NCBI GenBank assembly: GCA_041677125.1
Contig: JBAYQP010000005.1
Coordinates: 23,007 to 87,006 of the forward strand
DNA length: 64,000 bases
Direction: 5' to 3'
From: Desulfuromonadales bacterium
GTDB taxonomy: Bacteria > Desulfobacterota > Desulfuromonadia > Desulfuromonadales > JACZKF01
A program made the translations under genes and the position numbers. The notes beneath the pieces are model-generated. The model was given only the letters and a program-made list of their open reading frames with translations, searched no databases and was not told the origin of the DNA. This document shows, piece after piece, positions 41,687-50,581 of this stretch; position 1 is the first letter of the stretch; each line of letters opens with the position of its first letter.

Positions 41687-43194
41687 TCAGGATTCAGCGC
41701 AGGGGGTGCGCCCTCCGTGGAAAGATCACAGGTAAGACGGAAATTTTCATGGGCAAGAAGCTGCCCGGTAGCGAGCAGATAAGCGGTGACCGCCTGATTG
41801 TAGTCAGCGAGGGCGGCGATGTGCAACGTGCGCGCTTCGGCCAGGTCTTCCTCCCCTTCGAGAACGTCGCGGGTGGTGGCGAGGCCGACATCTTTGCGTT
41901 TGAGCAGGGTTTCCAGGCGCTCGCTGGCCAGTTGCGTCCCGAGCTGGGTGACCTCGATTTTCTTGCGGTTGACGTCGAGGTCGCGAATGGCCGAACGAAT
42001 TTCAGTCCGCACTTCATCGCGCAATTGGGTCAGAAGGGAATTCTGGCTCTTGAGCAGGAAATTGACACGCTGCAGTTCCTGCCGGGCGGCGGTATTGCCG
42101 AAAGGATAGGAAAAAAGGACGCCGATTTCCCAACTGTTGAAGTCAACGTCCGAAAGATCCGAAACTGCGCCGCCGTAAGTGCCATCCAGTCCGGCATGTT
42201 GATAACTGCCTACCAGATCGAACTGCGGCAGCAGGCTGTTGCGGGCGAGGTCGCGGGCCAGACCGAGGCGTTCGATTTCCTGCAGCCGGCTCAATACGTC
42301 GGGGCGCTGCGTGAGAGCTGCGCGCACCCCCTCTTCCAGGTTGGTTTCGATGGGTTGCGCCTCCAGAGGCTCCATCGCTACATCGACCGGCTCCTGCAGG
42401 TTCAGGCGCAGGGCCAGCCGGTCGATGGCATCTTCATAGGCCCGATTGGCGTCCAGCAATTCGCGCTCGCGCAGCTGCATCCCGACCTGGGCTTCCAGAA
42501 TCTCCACCGGGGCCAGAACGCCCGCTTCCACTCGCGCCCGGTTCTCTTCCAGCACCCGCTCGGCCAGCGCCACGGAGGTGCGACGGAAAGCCACCTCGTC
42601 ACGAAAGCGCAAGGCCTCGAAATAGGCATTGCGGACAAGATTCAACAGGTCGAAGGCGCTCTGCCGCAAATCCTGCACGGAAAGGTTGCGATCGTAGGCG
42701 GCGAACAGGATCTCCTGCTCGGTCACAGTGCGGCCAAATCCGCGCAGCAGCGGTTGGACAAGACTTAATCGAAGAGAGCTGTCGAATGAAGGATTGAGAA
42801 TCGATGACGATGAAGCAAGAGAGGAGGAAACATCCTGGTGCTGATTGTCGAAGGCAAGAATCAGTTGCCCCCCGGTCGGCACGGCTTGCACGAGAGAGAA
42901 ATTGAAACGCTCGTATTCCGTTTCAAACGATCTGGTCAGGGTGGAGCCGGCGGTCAGGATGCTATTCAGCTGGTTGGCTTTGCCGGCGGCAAGGTCGGCC
43001 TGCAGAACCGGATCGTAGATGCCGAAACCGCGGCGCACCAAGGCGTCGGCGGCCTGGGTGGCGTAGGACTGCGCTTGCAGGTTGAGGTTGCGCTCCATGG
43101 CCAGGCGCTGTGCGGTGCGCAGATCGAGAGTCTGCGCACCGGCCGCGGTGGTCGCCAACAACAAAAGCATCGCAAATGCGAAAGTTATGCGCAT
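41683..43194 (-). CDS. TolC-family outer-membrane efflux protein
   Basis: Signal peptide 'MRITFAFAMLLLLATTAAGAQT'. Two repeated coiled-coil/OEP halves ('LDLRTAQRLAMERNLNLQA', 'YNQAVTAYLLATGQLL'). Confidence 0.85.
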   Translation of the reverse strand: MRITFAFAMLLLLATTAAGAQTLDLRTAQRLAMERNLNLQAQSYATQAADALVRRGFGIYDPVLQADLAAGKANQLNSILTAGSTLTRSFETEYERFNFSLVQAVPTGGQLILAFDNQHQDVSSSLASSSSILNPSFDSSLRLSLVQPLLRGFGRTVTEQEILFAAYDRNLSVQDLRQSAFDLLNLVRNAYFEALRFRDEVAFRRTSVALAERVLEENRARVEAGVLAPVEILEAQVGMQLRERELLDANRAYEDAIDRLALRLNLQEPVDVAMEPLEAQPIETNLEEGVRAALTQRPDVLSRLQEIERLGLARDLARNSLLPQFDLVGSYQHAGLDGTYGGAVSDLSDVDFNSWEIGVLFSYPFGNTAARQELQRVNFLLKSQNSLLTQLRDEVRTEIRSAIRDLDVNRKKIEVTQLGTQLASERLETLLKRKDVGLATTRDVLEGEEDLAEARTLHIAALADYNQAVTAYLLATGQLLAHENFRLTCDLSTEGAPPALNPE

Positions 43195-43294
43195 GATCCC
43201 TCCTTACCGGGGGGCCGTCTGGCGGCTACAAAAAATCTGCATTCTTTTACCATACCAGAGAATCAGGCGCAATCGGCCATCCTCGGCTCAAGGT

Positions 43295-44218
43295 TTATTT
43301 TCCTGCACGCAGGGCCTCCAGACAGGAGGAAAAAGCAGCGGCAGGCGGCGCTTCCAGCCTGAGATCCTCACCGGTCACCGGATGCCTGAGCTGTAGCTGC
43401 CAGGCGTGCAGCATCAGCCGCGGGATAGCGCTGCTCCGCAGCACCTTCGGGCCCCCGTAGCGCCGGTCGCCAAGAATTGGATGCCCAGCTTCCGCCATAT
43501 GCACCCGGATCTGGTGGGTGCGGCCGGTGAGAATCTGCACCTCCAGCAGGCTGGCTTCGTCGAAACCCTCCAGCAGGCGATAGCGGGTAATGGCTTCCTT
43601 GCCGCCGCAAGCGACCGATTTCATCCGATTGTCGGCCCGTCCGCGGGCAAGAAGCGAACGTATTTCTCCAGCCGCCGGCGGCTGGCCCTGGGTGAGGGCG
43701 AGATAGGTTTTCTTCGCACCGCGTCCGCCCATCGCCTCAGTCAGGCCGCGGTGCGCCCTGGGATGGATGGAGAAGAGAATAACCCCCGACGTTTCCCGGT
43801 CGAGACGCTGCGCCATGCCAATCTCCGGTTGCTGCTGGGGACGGAACGGATCGCGGAGAAATACCTGCAACGCTTCATAGAGAGTCCCCCGGTAGCGTGC
43901 AGGGGTGGGCTGGGTTTCTATCCCCGACGGTTTGTTGATGGCGAGCAAGAAACGGTCTCGGTAGAGGACATCGGTGGATTCCAGACGCCAGGGATCGAGG
44001 GAAGCTCCATCGAGGAATATTTCCACCTGTTCCCCGGCCTGGATCGGATGCGAGGCGCGGCGAATCCGGCGGCCACCGACATGCACCCCGCCCAATTCAA
44101 TGATGCGCCGCACCATGGTGCGAGATAGTTCAGCCGCTTGCGTCGGGATGTATTGATCGAGACGCATCCCTGCGAATTCGGCGACGGGGAGAAAGCGGAA
44201 GGTGCGATTTTCCGACAT
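43295..44218 (-). CDS. RluA-family 23S rRNA pseudouridine synthase (RluD-like, with S4 domain)
   Basis: N-terminal S4 domain ('MRLDQYI...SRTMVRRIIELGGVHVGGRR'). Catalytic 'HRLDRETSGVILF'. 'GRTHQIRVHMA'. Confidence 0.85.
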   Translation of the reverse strand: MSENRTFRFLPVAEFAGMRLDQYIPTQAAELSRTMVRRIIELGGVHVGGRRIRRASHPIQAGEQVEIFLDGASLDPWRLESTDVLYRDRFLLAINKPSGIETQPTPARYRGTLYEALQVFLRDPFRPQQQPEIGMAQRLDRETSGVILFSIHPRAHRGLTEAMGGRGAKKTYLALTQGQPPAAGEIRSLLARGRADNRMKSVACGGKEAITRYRLLEGFDEASLLEVQILTGRTHQIRVHMAEAGHPILGDRRYGGPKVLRSSAIPRLMLHAWQLQLRHPVTGEDLRLEAPPAAAFSSCLEALRAGK

Positions 44219-44232
44219 AAAGAAAGCGCCCC

Positions 44233-44261
44233 TTGACAGCTCCGGAGGAGGGGGCTATCAT
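44233..44261 (+). promoter_or_regulatory. Strong sigma-70-type promoter for the 6S RNA candidate
   Basis: TTGACA (44233-44238), 17 nt, TATCAT (44256-44261). Confidence 0.6.
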
Positions 44262-44278
44262 AATTATTAAATTTATTC

Positions 44279-44462
44279 AACTTCTCTGGAGTGTTCGGAA
44301 TCGGGCCTTGTCGTAGCGCCCAACAGCCGAAAAAAGTGCCCTTGGTCAAGACCATGGTGAGCCAGCCCACCGGGTAGTGGGACGCCTGAAATGGCATTCA
44401 GAGGGCAAACAGAAGAAAAACACAGGCCAGGGATAATACCCGACCGACACTCCAGGGTCCCA
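44279..44462 (+). ncRNA. ssrS: 6S RNA (ssrS) candidate
   Basis: It sits in a 330-bp gene-free gap. A long closing helix pairs 5' CTGGAGTGT-CGG-TCGGG (from 44286) with CCCGA-CCG-ACACTCCAG (to 44455). An internal helix TGCCCT/AGGGCA flanks large unpaired regions, and the apical hairpins are GGTC/GACC, CCCAC/GTGGG and CTGAA/TTCAG. The 5' end 'CUUCUCUGGAGUGUUCGGAAUCGGGCC' closely parallels E. coli 6S 'UUUCUCUGAGAUGUUCGCAAGCGGGCC' as I recall it, with 'GGUGAGC' at a similar offset. It is flanked by a promoter (44233-61) and a terminator (44497-524). Confidence 0.7.
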
Positions 44463-44496
44463 TTTACAAACAGCGACACCGTGCCGTTAAATACAC

Positions 44497-44524
44497 AAAA
44501 GCCCCATGACAGGGGCTTTTGTGT
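44497..44524. terminator. Bidirectional terminator hairpin (6S candidate on +, ihfB on -)
   Basis: AAAAGCCCC-atgaca-GGGGCTTTT, with T runs on both strands. Confidence 0.75.
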
Positions 44525-44548
44525 TGGTGTATTTGGTCTCTCAATCGC

Positions 44549-44833
44549 TTATACGGCGACGTTAACTCTTTCCCGCAGTTCTTTGCCTGTTTTGAAAAAT
44601 GGAGTCTTTTTCGGCGGGATTTTGACGATATCGCCGCTTTTCGGATTCCTTGCCTCGCGACCGTCACGCACCCGGATGCTGAAGGATCCGAAGCCGCGAA
44701 TTTCGACGCGACCACCGGTGACCAAAGCATCGCCGATGCTGTCGAAAATGGTATTGACGATCAATTCCGCCTCTTTTTTGTTGAGGGTACCGCTGGTAAA
44801 GGATAACCGCTCAATCAATTCACTCTTGGTCAT
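44549..44833 (-). CDS. ihfB: Integration host factor beta subunit
   Basis: 'MTKSELIERL...EIRGFGSFSIRVRDGREARNPKSGDIVKIPPKKTPFFKTGKELRERVN' is an HU/IHF fold with the IHF-beta N-terminus. Confidence 0.85.
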   Translation of the reverse strand: MTKSELIERLSFTSGTLNKKEAELIVNTIFDSIGDALVTGGRVEIRGFGSFSIRVRDGREARNPKSGDIVKIPPKKTPFFKTGKELRERVNVAV

Positions 44834-44844
44834 AGCACTCCTCC

Positions 44845-45729
44845 TTATTCAACTCCAGACCAAAGAAACTGCAAACCAACCGGTCCCTCCCGCAGGCCGT
44901 GCCGAAGACCGCTCACGGTCTCTTGAACCAGGTAATCAATAATTTTCATTTTTTCGCGGGGCGGATAGACGACGTTGGGTTCGCCACTGATATTGCCCAT
45001 CTGCGCAGCGACCGCGATCGCGTCCTGCAGGTTCCCGAGTTCATCGACAAGACCGGCCTGCATAGCCTGCCGGCCGGTAAAGATGCGGCCATCGGCAAGA
45101 CTTTGAACCTTCTCCATTTCGAGCTGACGCCCTTCGCAAATGGCAGTGACGAACTGCTGATGCACATCGTCGATCACCTCCTGGAGGATCGCTCGATCCC
45201 CCTCGGACATGTCCCGCACCGGCGAAGCGATATCCTTATGATCACCGCTCTTCACCACATTCATTTGCAGACCGATTTTTTCGAGCAGGTCCTGAATATT
45301 GGCGAATTCCATGATCACCCCGATACTGCCGGTGATGGTTCCGGGATTGGCCAGAATGCGCTGCGCGGGGGCGGCAATATAGTAGCCGCCGGATGCCGCG
45401 ACGGAGCCCATGGAGATTACCACCGGCTTTTGGGCAGCCGTCTTCCGGACTTCCTCATGGATCTCCTGCGACGGCCCAACTCCTCCGCCCGGCGAATCGA
45501 TCCTCAAGACGATGGCCTTGATGGAGTCGTCTTTGCGGAAAAGCAGAAGATGATCAATGGTTTCCCGGGATGAGGTAATGACTCCGGTGACTTCAACCAC
45601 CCCAACCTTATCGCCGAAAGCAAACTCCCGTCCGCTGAAATGAACGATGAGAAGAGCAATCGCAAAAAAGAAGAGAAAAATAACGGCGAGAATCAGCAGA
45701 GCCAGGAGAAATGGATTTTTCTTCATCAT
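44845..45729 (-). CDS. sppA: Signal peptide peptidase SppA (36K type)
   Basis: N-terminal TM segment. 'AIVLRIDSPGGGV', 'SMGSVAASGGYYIA' (catalytic Ser) and 'SGDHKD'. Confidence 0.85.
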   Translation of the reverse strand: MMKKNPFLLALLILAVIFLFFFAIALLIVHFSGREFAFGDKVGVVEVTGVITSSRETIDHLLLFRKDDSIKAIVLRIDSPGGGVGPSQEIHEEVRKTAAQKPVVISMGSVAASGGYYIAAPAQRILANPGTITGSIGVIMEFANIQDLLEKIGLQMNVVKSGDHKDIASPVRDMSEGDRAILQEVIDDVHQQFVTAICEGRQLEMEKVQSLADGRIFTGRQAMQAGLVDELGNLQDAIAVAAQMGNISGEPNVVYPPREKMKIIDYLVQETVSGLRHGLREGPVGLQFLWSGVE

Positions 45730-45735
45730 TCACAG

Positions 45736-45766
45736 AAAAAGGGACCCCGCCTTACGGCGGGGTCCC
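45736..45766 (-). terminator. Terminator/attenuator hairpin after rpsA
   Basis: Minus strand: GGGACCCCGCC-gtaa-GGCGGGGTCCC followed by TTTTT. It lies only ~7 nt before the sppA start. Confidence 0.65.
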
Positions 45767-45780
45767 CTGTTTCTCCGGTG

Positions 45781-47520
45781 TTATTCCTCGTCCTTGTTGT
45801 CGCCGCCTGCTTTGCCCATAGCGCCTTGCAGCAGATCGCCAAAATTGGAAGTGGCTTTCTTTTGCGCGCCGAGATAAGCATCGACTTCTGCTTTTTCCTT
45901 TTGATCGGAAAGATGCTTTACAGACAGAGCGATTTTACGATCGGCGGTGTCGACATGCAGAACAACAGCTTCAAGATCGTCCCCGACCTTGGCAAAGGTC
46001 TTCGGGGAATCGATTTTCTCTTTGCTGATCTCGGAAACATGGATCAGGCCTTCGATGCCTTCTTCAACTTCGAGGAAGATGCCGAAGTCGGTTACCGAGG
46101 TCACCTGGCCGTGGATGATGGTCCCCGGGGTGTAGCGCTGGGGAATCGTCTGCCAGGGATCCTGCTGCAGCTGCTTGACACCTAGGGAGAACCGCTCGTT
46201 TTCCCGGTCGATGTTGAGCACGACGGCGCGAACGATGTCACCCTTCTTGTACAGTTCGGAGGGGTGCTTGATGCGCTTGGTCCAGGAAAGATCGGAAATA
46301 TGGACCAGACCGTCGATCCCCTCGTCCACCCCGACAAAAATGCCGAAGTCGGTGAGGTTCTTCACTTGCCCTTCGATGATGGTGCCGATGGGGAATTTCT
46401 CCCCGATAACTTCCCAGGGATTGGTCTCGGCCTGTTTAAGGCCCAGAGAAATCCGGCGGTTGGGAATATCGAGCGCCAACACGAGCGAATCGACTTCGTC
46501 GCCGATATTGAGAATTTTGTTGGGATGTTTGATGCGTTTGGTCCAGCTCATTTCCGAGACATGGATGAGACCCTCGACCCCTTCTTCAAGCTCGATGAAG
46601 GCGCCATAATCGGTGAGGCTCACAACCTTGCCGCGCACCCGGGCGCTGACCGGGAATTTTTCCTCGACATCGAGCCAGGGATCGGGAGTGATCTGCTTGA
46701 GGCCAAGGGAAACCCGCTCGCGCTCACGATCGAACTTGAGGACCTTGACTTTGATTTTATCGCCCACCCCGAGAATATCCGATGGGTGGTTGACCCGTCC
46801 CCAGGACATATCGGTGATGTGCAGCAGACCATCGATGCCGCCCAGATCGATGAAGCAACCGTAATCGGTCAGGTTCTTCACCACGCCTTCGATCTCCTGC
46901 CCTTCGGTAAGGGTTTTCAGAGTATCGGCACGCTGATTCTCACGCTGTTCTTCCAGAAGAACCCGGCGGGACAGGACGATATTACCGCGCCGTTTGTTGA
47001 GCTTGATGATTTTGAACTGAAAAGTATCTCCAAGCAGCTTGTCGAGATTGCGCACCGGACGAAGGTCGACCTGTGAGCCGGGCAGAAAGGCATTGACGCC
47101 GATATCGACCGACAGACCGCCTTTGATCCGACTGACAATGCGGCCGTCCACCACTGCGCCCTCTTCCAGGGAATTCCAGATCTTCTGCCGGTCCGCCTTT
47201 TCCTTGGACAGGCCGATAAGCCCGTTTTCATTCTCCCGCCGCTCGAACAGAACATCGATCTTGTCGCCGACCTTGACATTCGGTTTTTCGCCGTCAACGG
47301 AGAATTCGCTGAGGGGAATCATCCCCTCCGACTTGTAACCGACGTCGACGACGACCGAATCAGGATTGAGCTGTACGATCGTGCCTTCGACGACATCGCC
47401 GACGTTCAACTCCCGGATGCTGCTCTCAAAAAGCTCGCTGAAACTTTGTTCTTGCTCGCCGAACTCGTCGTCGTCATCCAGTTCGGGATCGTGTTGGGTG
47501 ATGCCCTTGTCTTCAACCAT
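45781..47520 (-). CDS. rpsA: 30S ribosomal protein S1
   Basis: Six S1 (OB-fold) repeats, e.g. 'GDVVEGTIV', 'GAVVDGRIVSRIKGGLSVDIG', 'GQEIEGVVKNLTDYGCFIDLG'. 579 aa. Confidence 0.95.
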   Translation of the reverse strand: MVEDKGITQHDPELDDDDEFGEQEQSFSELFESSIRELNVGDVVEGTIVQLNPDSVVVDVGYKSEGMIPLSEFSVDGEKPNVKVGDKIDVLFERRENENGLIGLSKEKADRQKIWNSLEEGAVVDGRIVSRIKGGLSVDIGVNAFLPGSQVDLRPVRNLDKLLGDTFQFKIIKLNKRRGNIVLSRRVLLEEQRENQRADTLKTLTEGQEIEGVVKNLTDYGCFIDLGGIDGLLHITDMSWGRVNHPSDILGVGDKIKVKVLKFDRERERVSLGLKQITPDPWLDVEEKFPVSARVRGKVVSLTDYGAFIELEEGVEGLIHVSEMSWTKRIKHPNKILNIGDEVDSLVLALDIPNRRISLGLKQAETNPWEVIGEKFPIGTIIEGQVKNLTDFGIFVGVDEGIDGLVHISDLSWTKRIKHPSELYKKGDIVRAVVLNIDRENERFSLGVKQLQQDPWQTIPQRYTPGTIIHGQVTSVTDFGIFLEVEEGIEGLIHVSEISKEKIDSPKTFAKVGDDLEAVVLHVDTADRKIALSVKHLSDQKEKAEVDAYLGAQKKATSNFGDLLQGAMGKAGGDNKDEE

Positions 47521-47624
47521 TCAGATGTTACCCCCTAGCGATTTTCTGTCGCCTTAGCCGACAGCATGGCGTTGAGCGGCCATGAAGGTGGACCATACCA
47601 CAAGGTTATGAAAAAAACAAACCG

Positions 47625-48470
47625 TTATTTGGGGTTATTTGCCCTGCCAGCCAGCTTTTCCACCACCTCGTCGATTATCCAGCAAGGGGTCGAAGCACCG
47701 GCGGTAATGCCGACTTTTTCCACTCCGGGAAGCCAGGCGGGATCGATCTGCGCCGCGGTTTCCACATGACGGGTGTGGGGTTGAATTTCCCGGCAGATGC
47801 GCGCCAAACGTGTGGTGTTGGCGCTATTGTAACCGCCCACGACCAGGACGAGATCGGATTGTCGGGCGACCGTCCGCGCTTCCTCCTGACGCACCATGGT
47901 GGCGTCGCAGATGGTGTTGAAAACCCGCAGCTCCTTGCATCTGCCGAGACATGCATCGACAACCGCGCGCAGGTTCTCCTGCGATTGCGTCGTTTGCGCG
48001 AGGACCCCCATCCGCCTGCGCCGGGGGACCCGTTCCGCTTCGCCTCGCGTGGCGACAACGAAAACTTCCCCCTCGGCATAGGAAACCAGTCCCTGCACTT
48101 CCGGATGATCCTTGTCGCCGAGCAGGACTATTGTGTAGCCTTCGCGGTGCAGCAGAGCGACATGTTCCTGGGCTTTTTTAACAAATGGGCAGGTGGCATC
48201 GATGATGCTGAGCTGGCGCTCCTGAATGGAGTCGAGTTCCGTGGCGGTTACCCCGTGCGAGCGGATGATCACCGCCCCTTCCGGGATTTCCTCGACTTGC
48301 CGGATGACCGAAACACCCTTTCCGGCAAGTTTATCGACCAACTGCGGAGAGTGAATGATGGGGCCGAGAGAACAGATTTTCGAATGATGTTCGGCTGCCT
48401 CGAAGGCCATCTGGGTGGCCCGCTTGACGCCAAAGCAAAAACCGGCGCTGCGGGCGAGAATGATTTCCAT
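47625..48470 (-). CDS. ispH: 4-hydroxy-3-methylbut-2-enyl diphosphate reductase (housekeeping copy)
   Basis: 'MEIILARSAGFCFGV', 'IIHS', 'SHG', 'DATCPFV', 'DHPEV', 'AQTT', 'TICDAT', 'SANT' and 'GASTP'. It sits in the conserved cmk-ispH-rpsA context. Confidence 0.9.
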   Translation of the reverse strand: MEIILARSAGFCFGVKRATQMAFEAAEHHSKICSLGPIIHSPQLVDKLAGKGVSVIRQVEEIPEGAVIIRSHGVTATELDSIQERQLSIIDATCPFVKKAQEHVALLHREGYTIVLLGDKDHPEVQGLVSYAEGEVFVVATRGEAERVPRRRRMGVLAQTTQSQENLRAVVDACLGRCKELRVFNTICDATMVRQEEARTVARQSDLVLVVGGYNSANTTRLARICREIQPHTRHVETAAQIDPAWLPGVEKVGITAGASTPCWIIDEVVEKLAGRANNPK

Positions 48471-48536
48471 GTACGCTTCGCTGGAAGAGGTAATGGCTTC
48501 AGGGCAACAAGACCCAATAGCCTGCGAAGTCTACCA

Positions 48537-49223
48537 TTATTCTTTCGTTTTTCCTCTTTGCGCCGCGACCAACCGCAGCATTTCCGCCAAAACCTCGTCG
48601 ATGCCGAGACGGGTTGAATCGATGGCAACGGCATCGGTCGCCTGGACCAGGGGGGCATGTTCCCGGGCGCTGTCGGCGGCATCGCGGGCTTCCACTTCGG
48701 CGATGGTCTGCGCCAGGTTCACTTGCAGGCCTTTTCCCCGCAGCTCCCGATATCGCCGCGCGCCCCGCTCGTCGGCGCTGGCGAGGAGAAAAAATTTGAT
48801 ATCGGCCTGGGGAAAAACCACTGTACCGATATCCCGCCCTTCGAGCACCACCCCCCCATGCTCGCCCATCTGTCGCTGCCGCTCGACCATGTTTTGCCGG
48901 ACCACGGCGCAGGCCGAAATGCGCGAAGTCAGCAGGCTGATTTCCGGTGTGCGGATAGCGGCGGAGACATCTTCACCGTTCAGCAGGACTCGCTCCCCGT
49001 GCGCCCCCTGCAAAAAAGAAATGTCCATCTCCCGGCAAAGCCGCTCCAGGGCGGCCGGATCGGCCGGATCGATTCCGGCGCGTTGCGCCGCCAGGGCCAC
49101 CGTGCGGTACATGGCGCCGGTGTCGATATTCAGATAGCCGAGTCGCTGCGCCAGCAGTTTGCTCAGCGTGCTCTTGCCGGCTCCCGAAGGTCCGTCGATG
49201 GCGATAATCAGCTCTCTGCTCAT
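48537..49223 (-). CDS. cmk: Cytidylate kinase
   Basis: ATG49223 overlaps the aroA stop (ATGA). 'IIAIDGPSGAGKSTLSKLLAQRLGYLNIDTGAMYR'. Confidence 0.9.
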   Translation of the reverse strand: MSRELIIAIDGPSGAGKSTLSKLLAQRLGYLNIDTGAMYRTVALAAQRAGIDPADPAALERLCREMDISFLQGAHGERVLLNGEDVSAAIRTPEISLLTSRISACAVVRQNMVERQRQMGEHGGVVLEGRDIGTVVFPQADIKFFLLASADERGARRYRELRGKGLQVNLAQTIAEVEARDAADSAREHAPLVQATDAVAIDSTRLGIDEVLAEMLRLVAAQRGKTKE

Positions 49224-50527
49224 GCCGCCCCGACTCCGCTGCGCACGTGTTCCAGCAATTCCCAAAAGCCGGGGAAGGACGTGGCCGTACAGGCGGTATC
49301 ATCGATGGTCACAGCGGCGGCCGCGCCCAGGGCCGCGACGGCCAGACTCATGGCGATGCGGTGATCGCCGGAAGAGGAAACCTTGCCGCCGCCGAGTTGT
49401 TCGACACCGGTGATGATCATGCCGTCCGCCTGCGGTTCGACCCGCGCCCCGAGCGTGGCGAGACCGGCGGTAATGGTCTCGATGCGGTCGGTTTCTTTGA
49501 CCCGCAGTTCGCGGGCGTCGCGAATCACCGTACGCCCTTCGGCGCGGGCGGCGGCGACCGCCACCACCGGAAACTCGTCAATGGCCCGGGGCACGACGGA
49601 ACCGCCGATCTCGATCCCTTTGAGCGTGCTGCTTTTTACCAGGATATCGGCCACCGGCTCCCCGGCCAATTCCCGCTGATTCTTCAGTTCGATAAAGCCG
49701 CCCATCTCCTGCAGGATATCGATAATCCCGCTGCGGGTGGGATTCACCCCGACATTGCGCACCAGAAGTTCGGCGCCCGGGGTGATCAAAGCGGCGACAA
49801 GAAAGAAGGCGGCGGAGGAGATATCGCCGGGGACGAAGACTTCCCGCCCCTCCAACCGGGGCCGTCCCTGAAGCGCAACGCCCCCCGCGAAGGGACGTAC
49901 GTCGGCGCCGAAATACCTCAGCATGCGTTCGCTGTGATCGCGGGAGAGGTGCGGTTCGCGCACCTCGGTCCGGCCCTCTGCATACAGGCCGGCCAGCAAA
50001 ATGGCCGATTTCACCTGAGCGCTGGCGATCAGTGACTCGTAGCTGGTTGGCCGCAGCCCGCCCCCCTGTATCGCCAGCGGCGCAAGATCGTCGCCACGGC
50101 GTCCCCAGATGCGCGCGCCCATCGTCGTCAGCGGGGCAACCACCCGCTTCATCGGCCGCTTGCGCAGGTACTGATCGCCGGTGAGGACGGAGAAAAATTT
50201 CTGGCCGGCAAGCAGACCGGTCATCAGACGAATCGTCGTTCCCGAGTTGCCGCAGTCGAGCACATCCCCCGGCTCGTGGAGCCCATCCAATCCCTTGCCA
50301 TGGATCTTCAGCACACCGCCGGCAAGCTCTTCAACGGTTATCCCCATGGCGCGAAACGCCCGCAGGGTGGCGTGGTTATCCTCCCCGTGCAGGAAACCGT
50401 GCACCATGGTGGTTCCCTCGGCCAGGGCGCCGAGCATGATCGAACGATGGGAAATCGATTTGTCGCCGGGAATTGAAATTTCGCCGCGCAGGCCGCGGGC
50501 GGGGTGGACGGTACGTGTTTCGGACAT
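49220..50527 (-). CDS. aroA: 3-phosphoshikimate 1-carboxyvinyltransferase (EPSP synthase)
   Basis: 'PGDKSISHRSIMLGALAEG', 'LDCGNSGTTIRLMTGLLA' and 'RVKETDRI'. Confidence 0.9.
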   Translation of the reverse strand: MSETRTVHPARGLRGEISIPGDKSISHRSIMLGALAEGTTMVHGFLHGEDNHATLRAFRAMGITVEELAGGVLKIHGKGLDGLHEPGDVLDCGNSGTTIRLMTGLLAGQKFFSVLTGDQYLRKRPMKRVVAPLTTMGARIWGRRGDDLAPLAIQGGGLRPTSYESLIASAQVKSAILLAGLYAEGRTEVREPHLSRDHSERMLRYFGADVRPFAGGVALQGRPRLEGREVFVPGDISSAAFFLVAALITPGAELLVRNVGVNPTRSGIIDILQEMGGFIELKNQRELAGEPVADILVKSSTLKGIEIGGSVVPRAIDEFPVVAVAAARAEGRTVIRDARELRVKETDRIETITAGLATLGARVEPQADGMIITGVEQLGGGKVSSSGDHRIAMSLAVAALGAAAAVTIDDTACTATSFPGFWELLEHVRSGVGAA

Positions 50528-50581
50528 GGTTGTTCCTTATGGTCATGAATCGCCCACCAGGGGCGGGCCCAGGGCCAGCTC

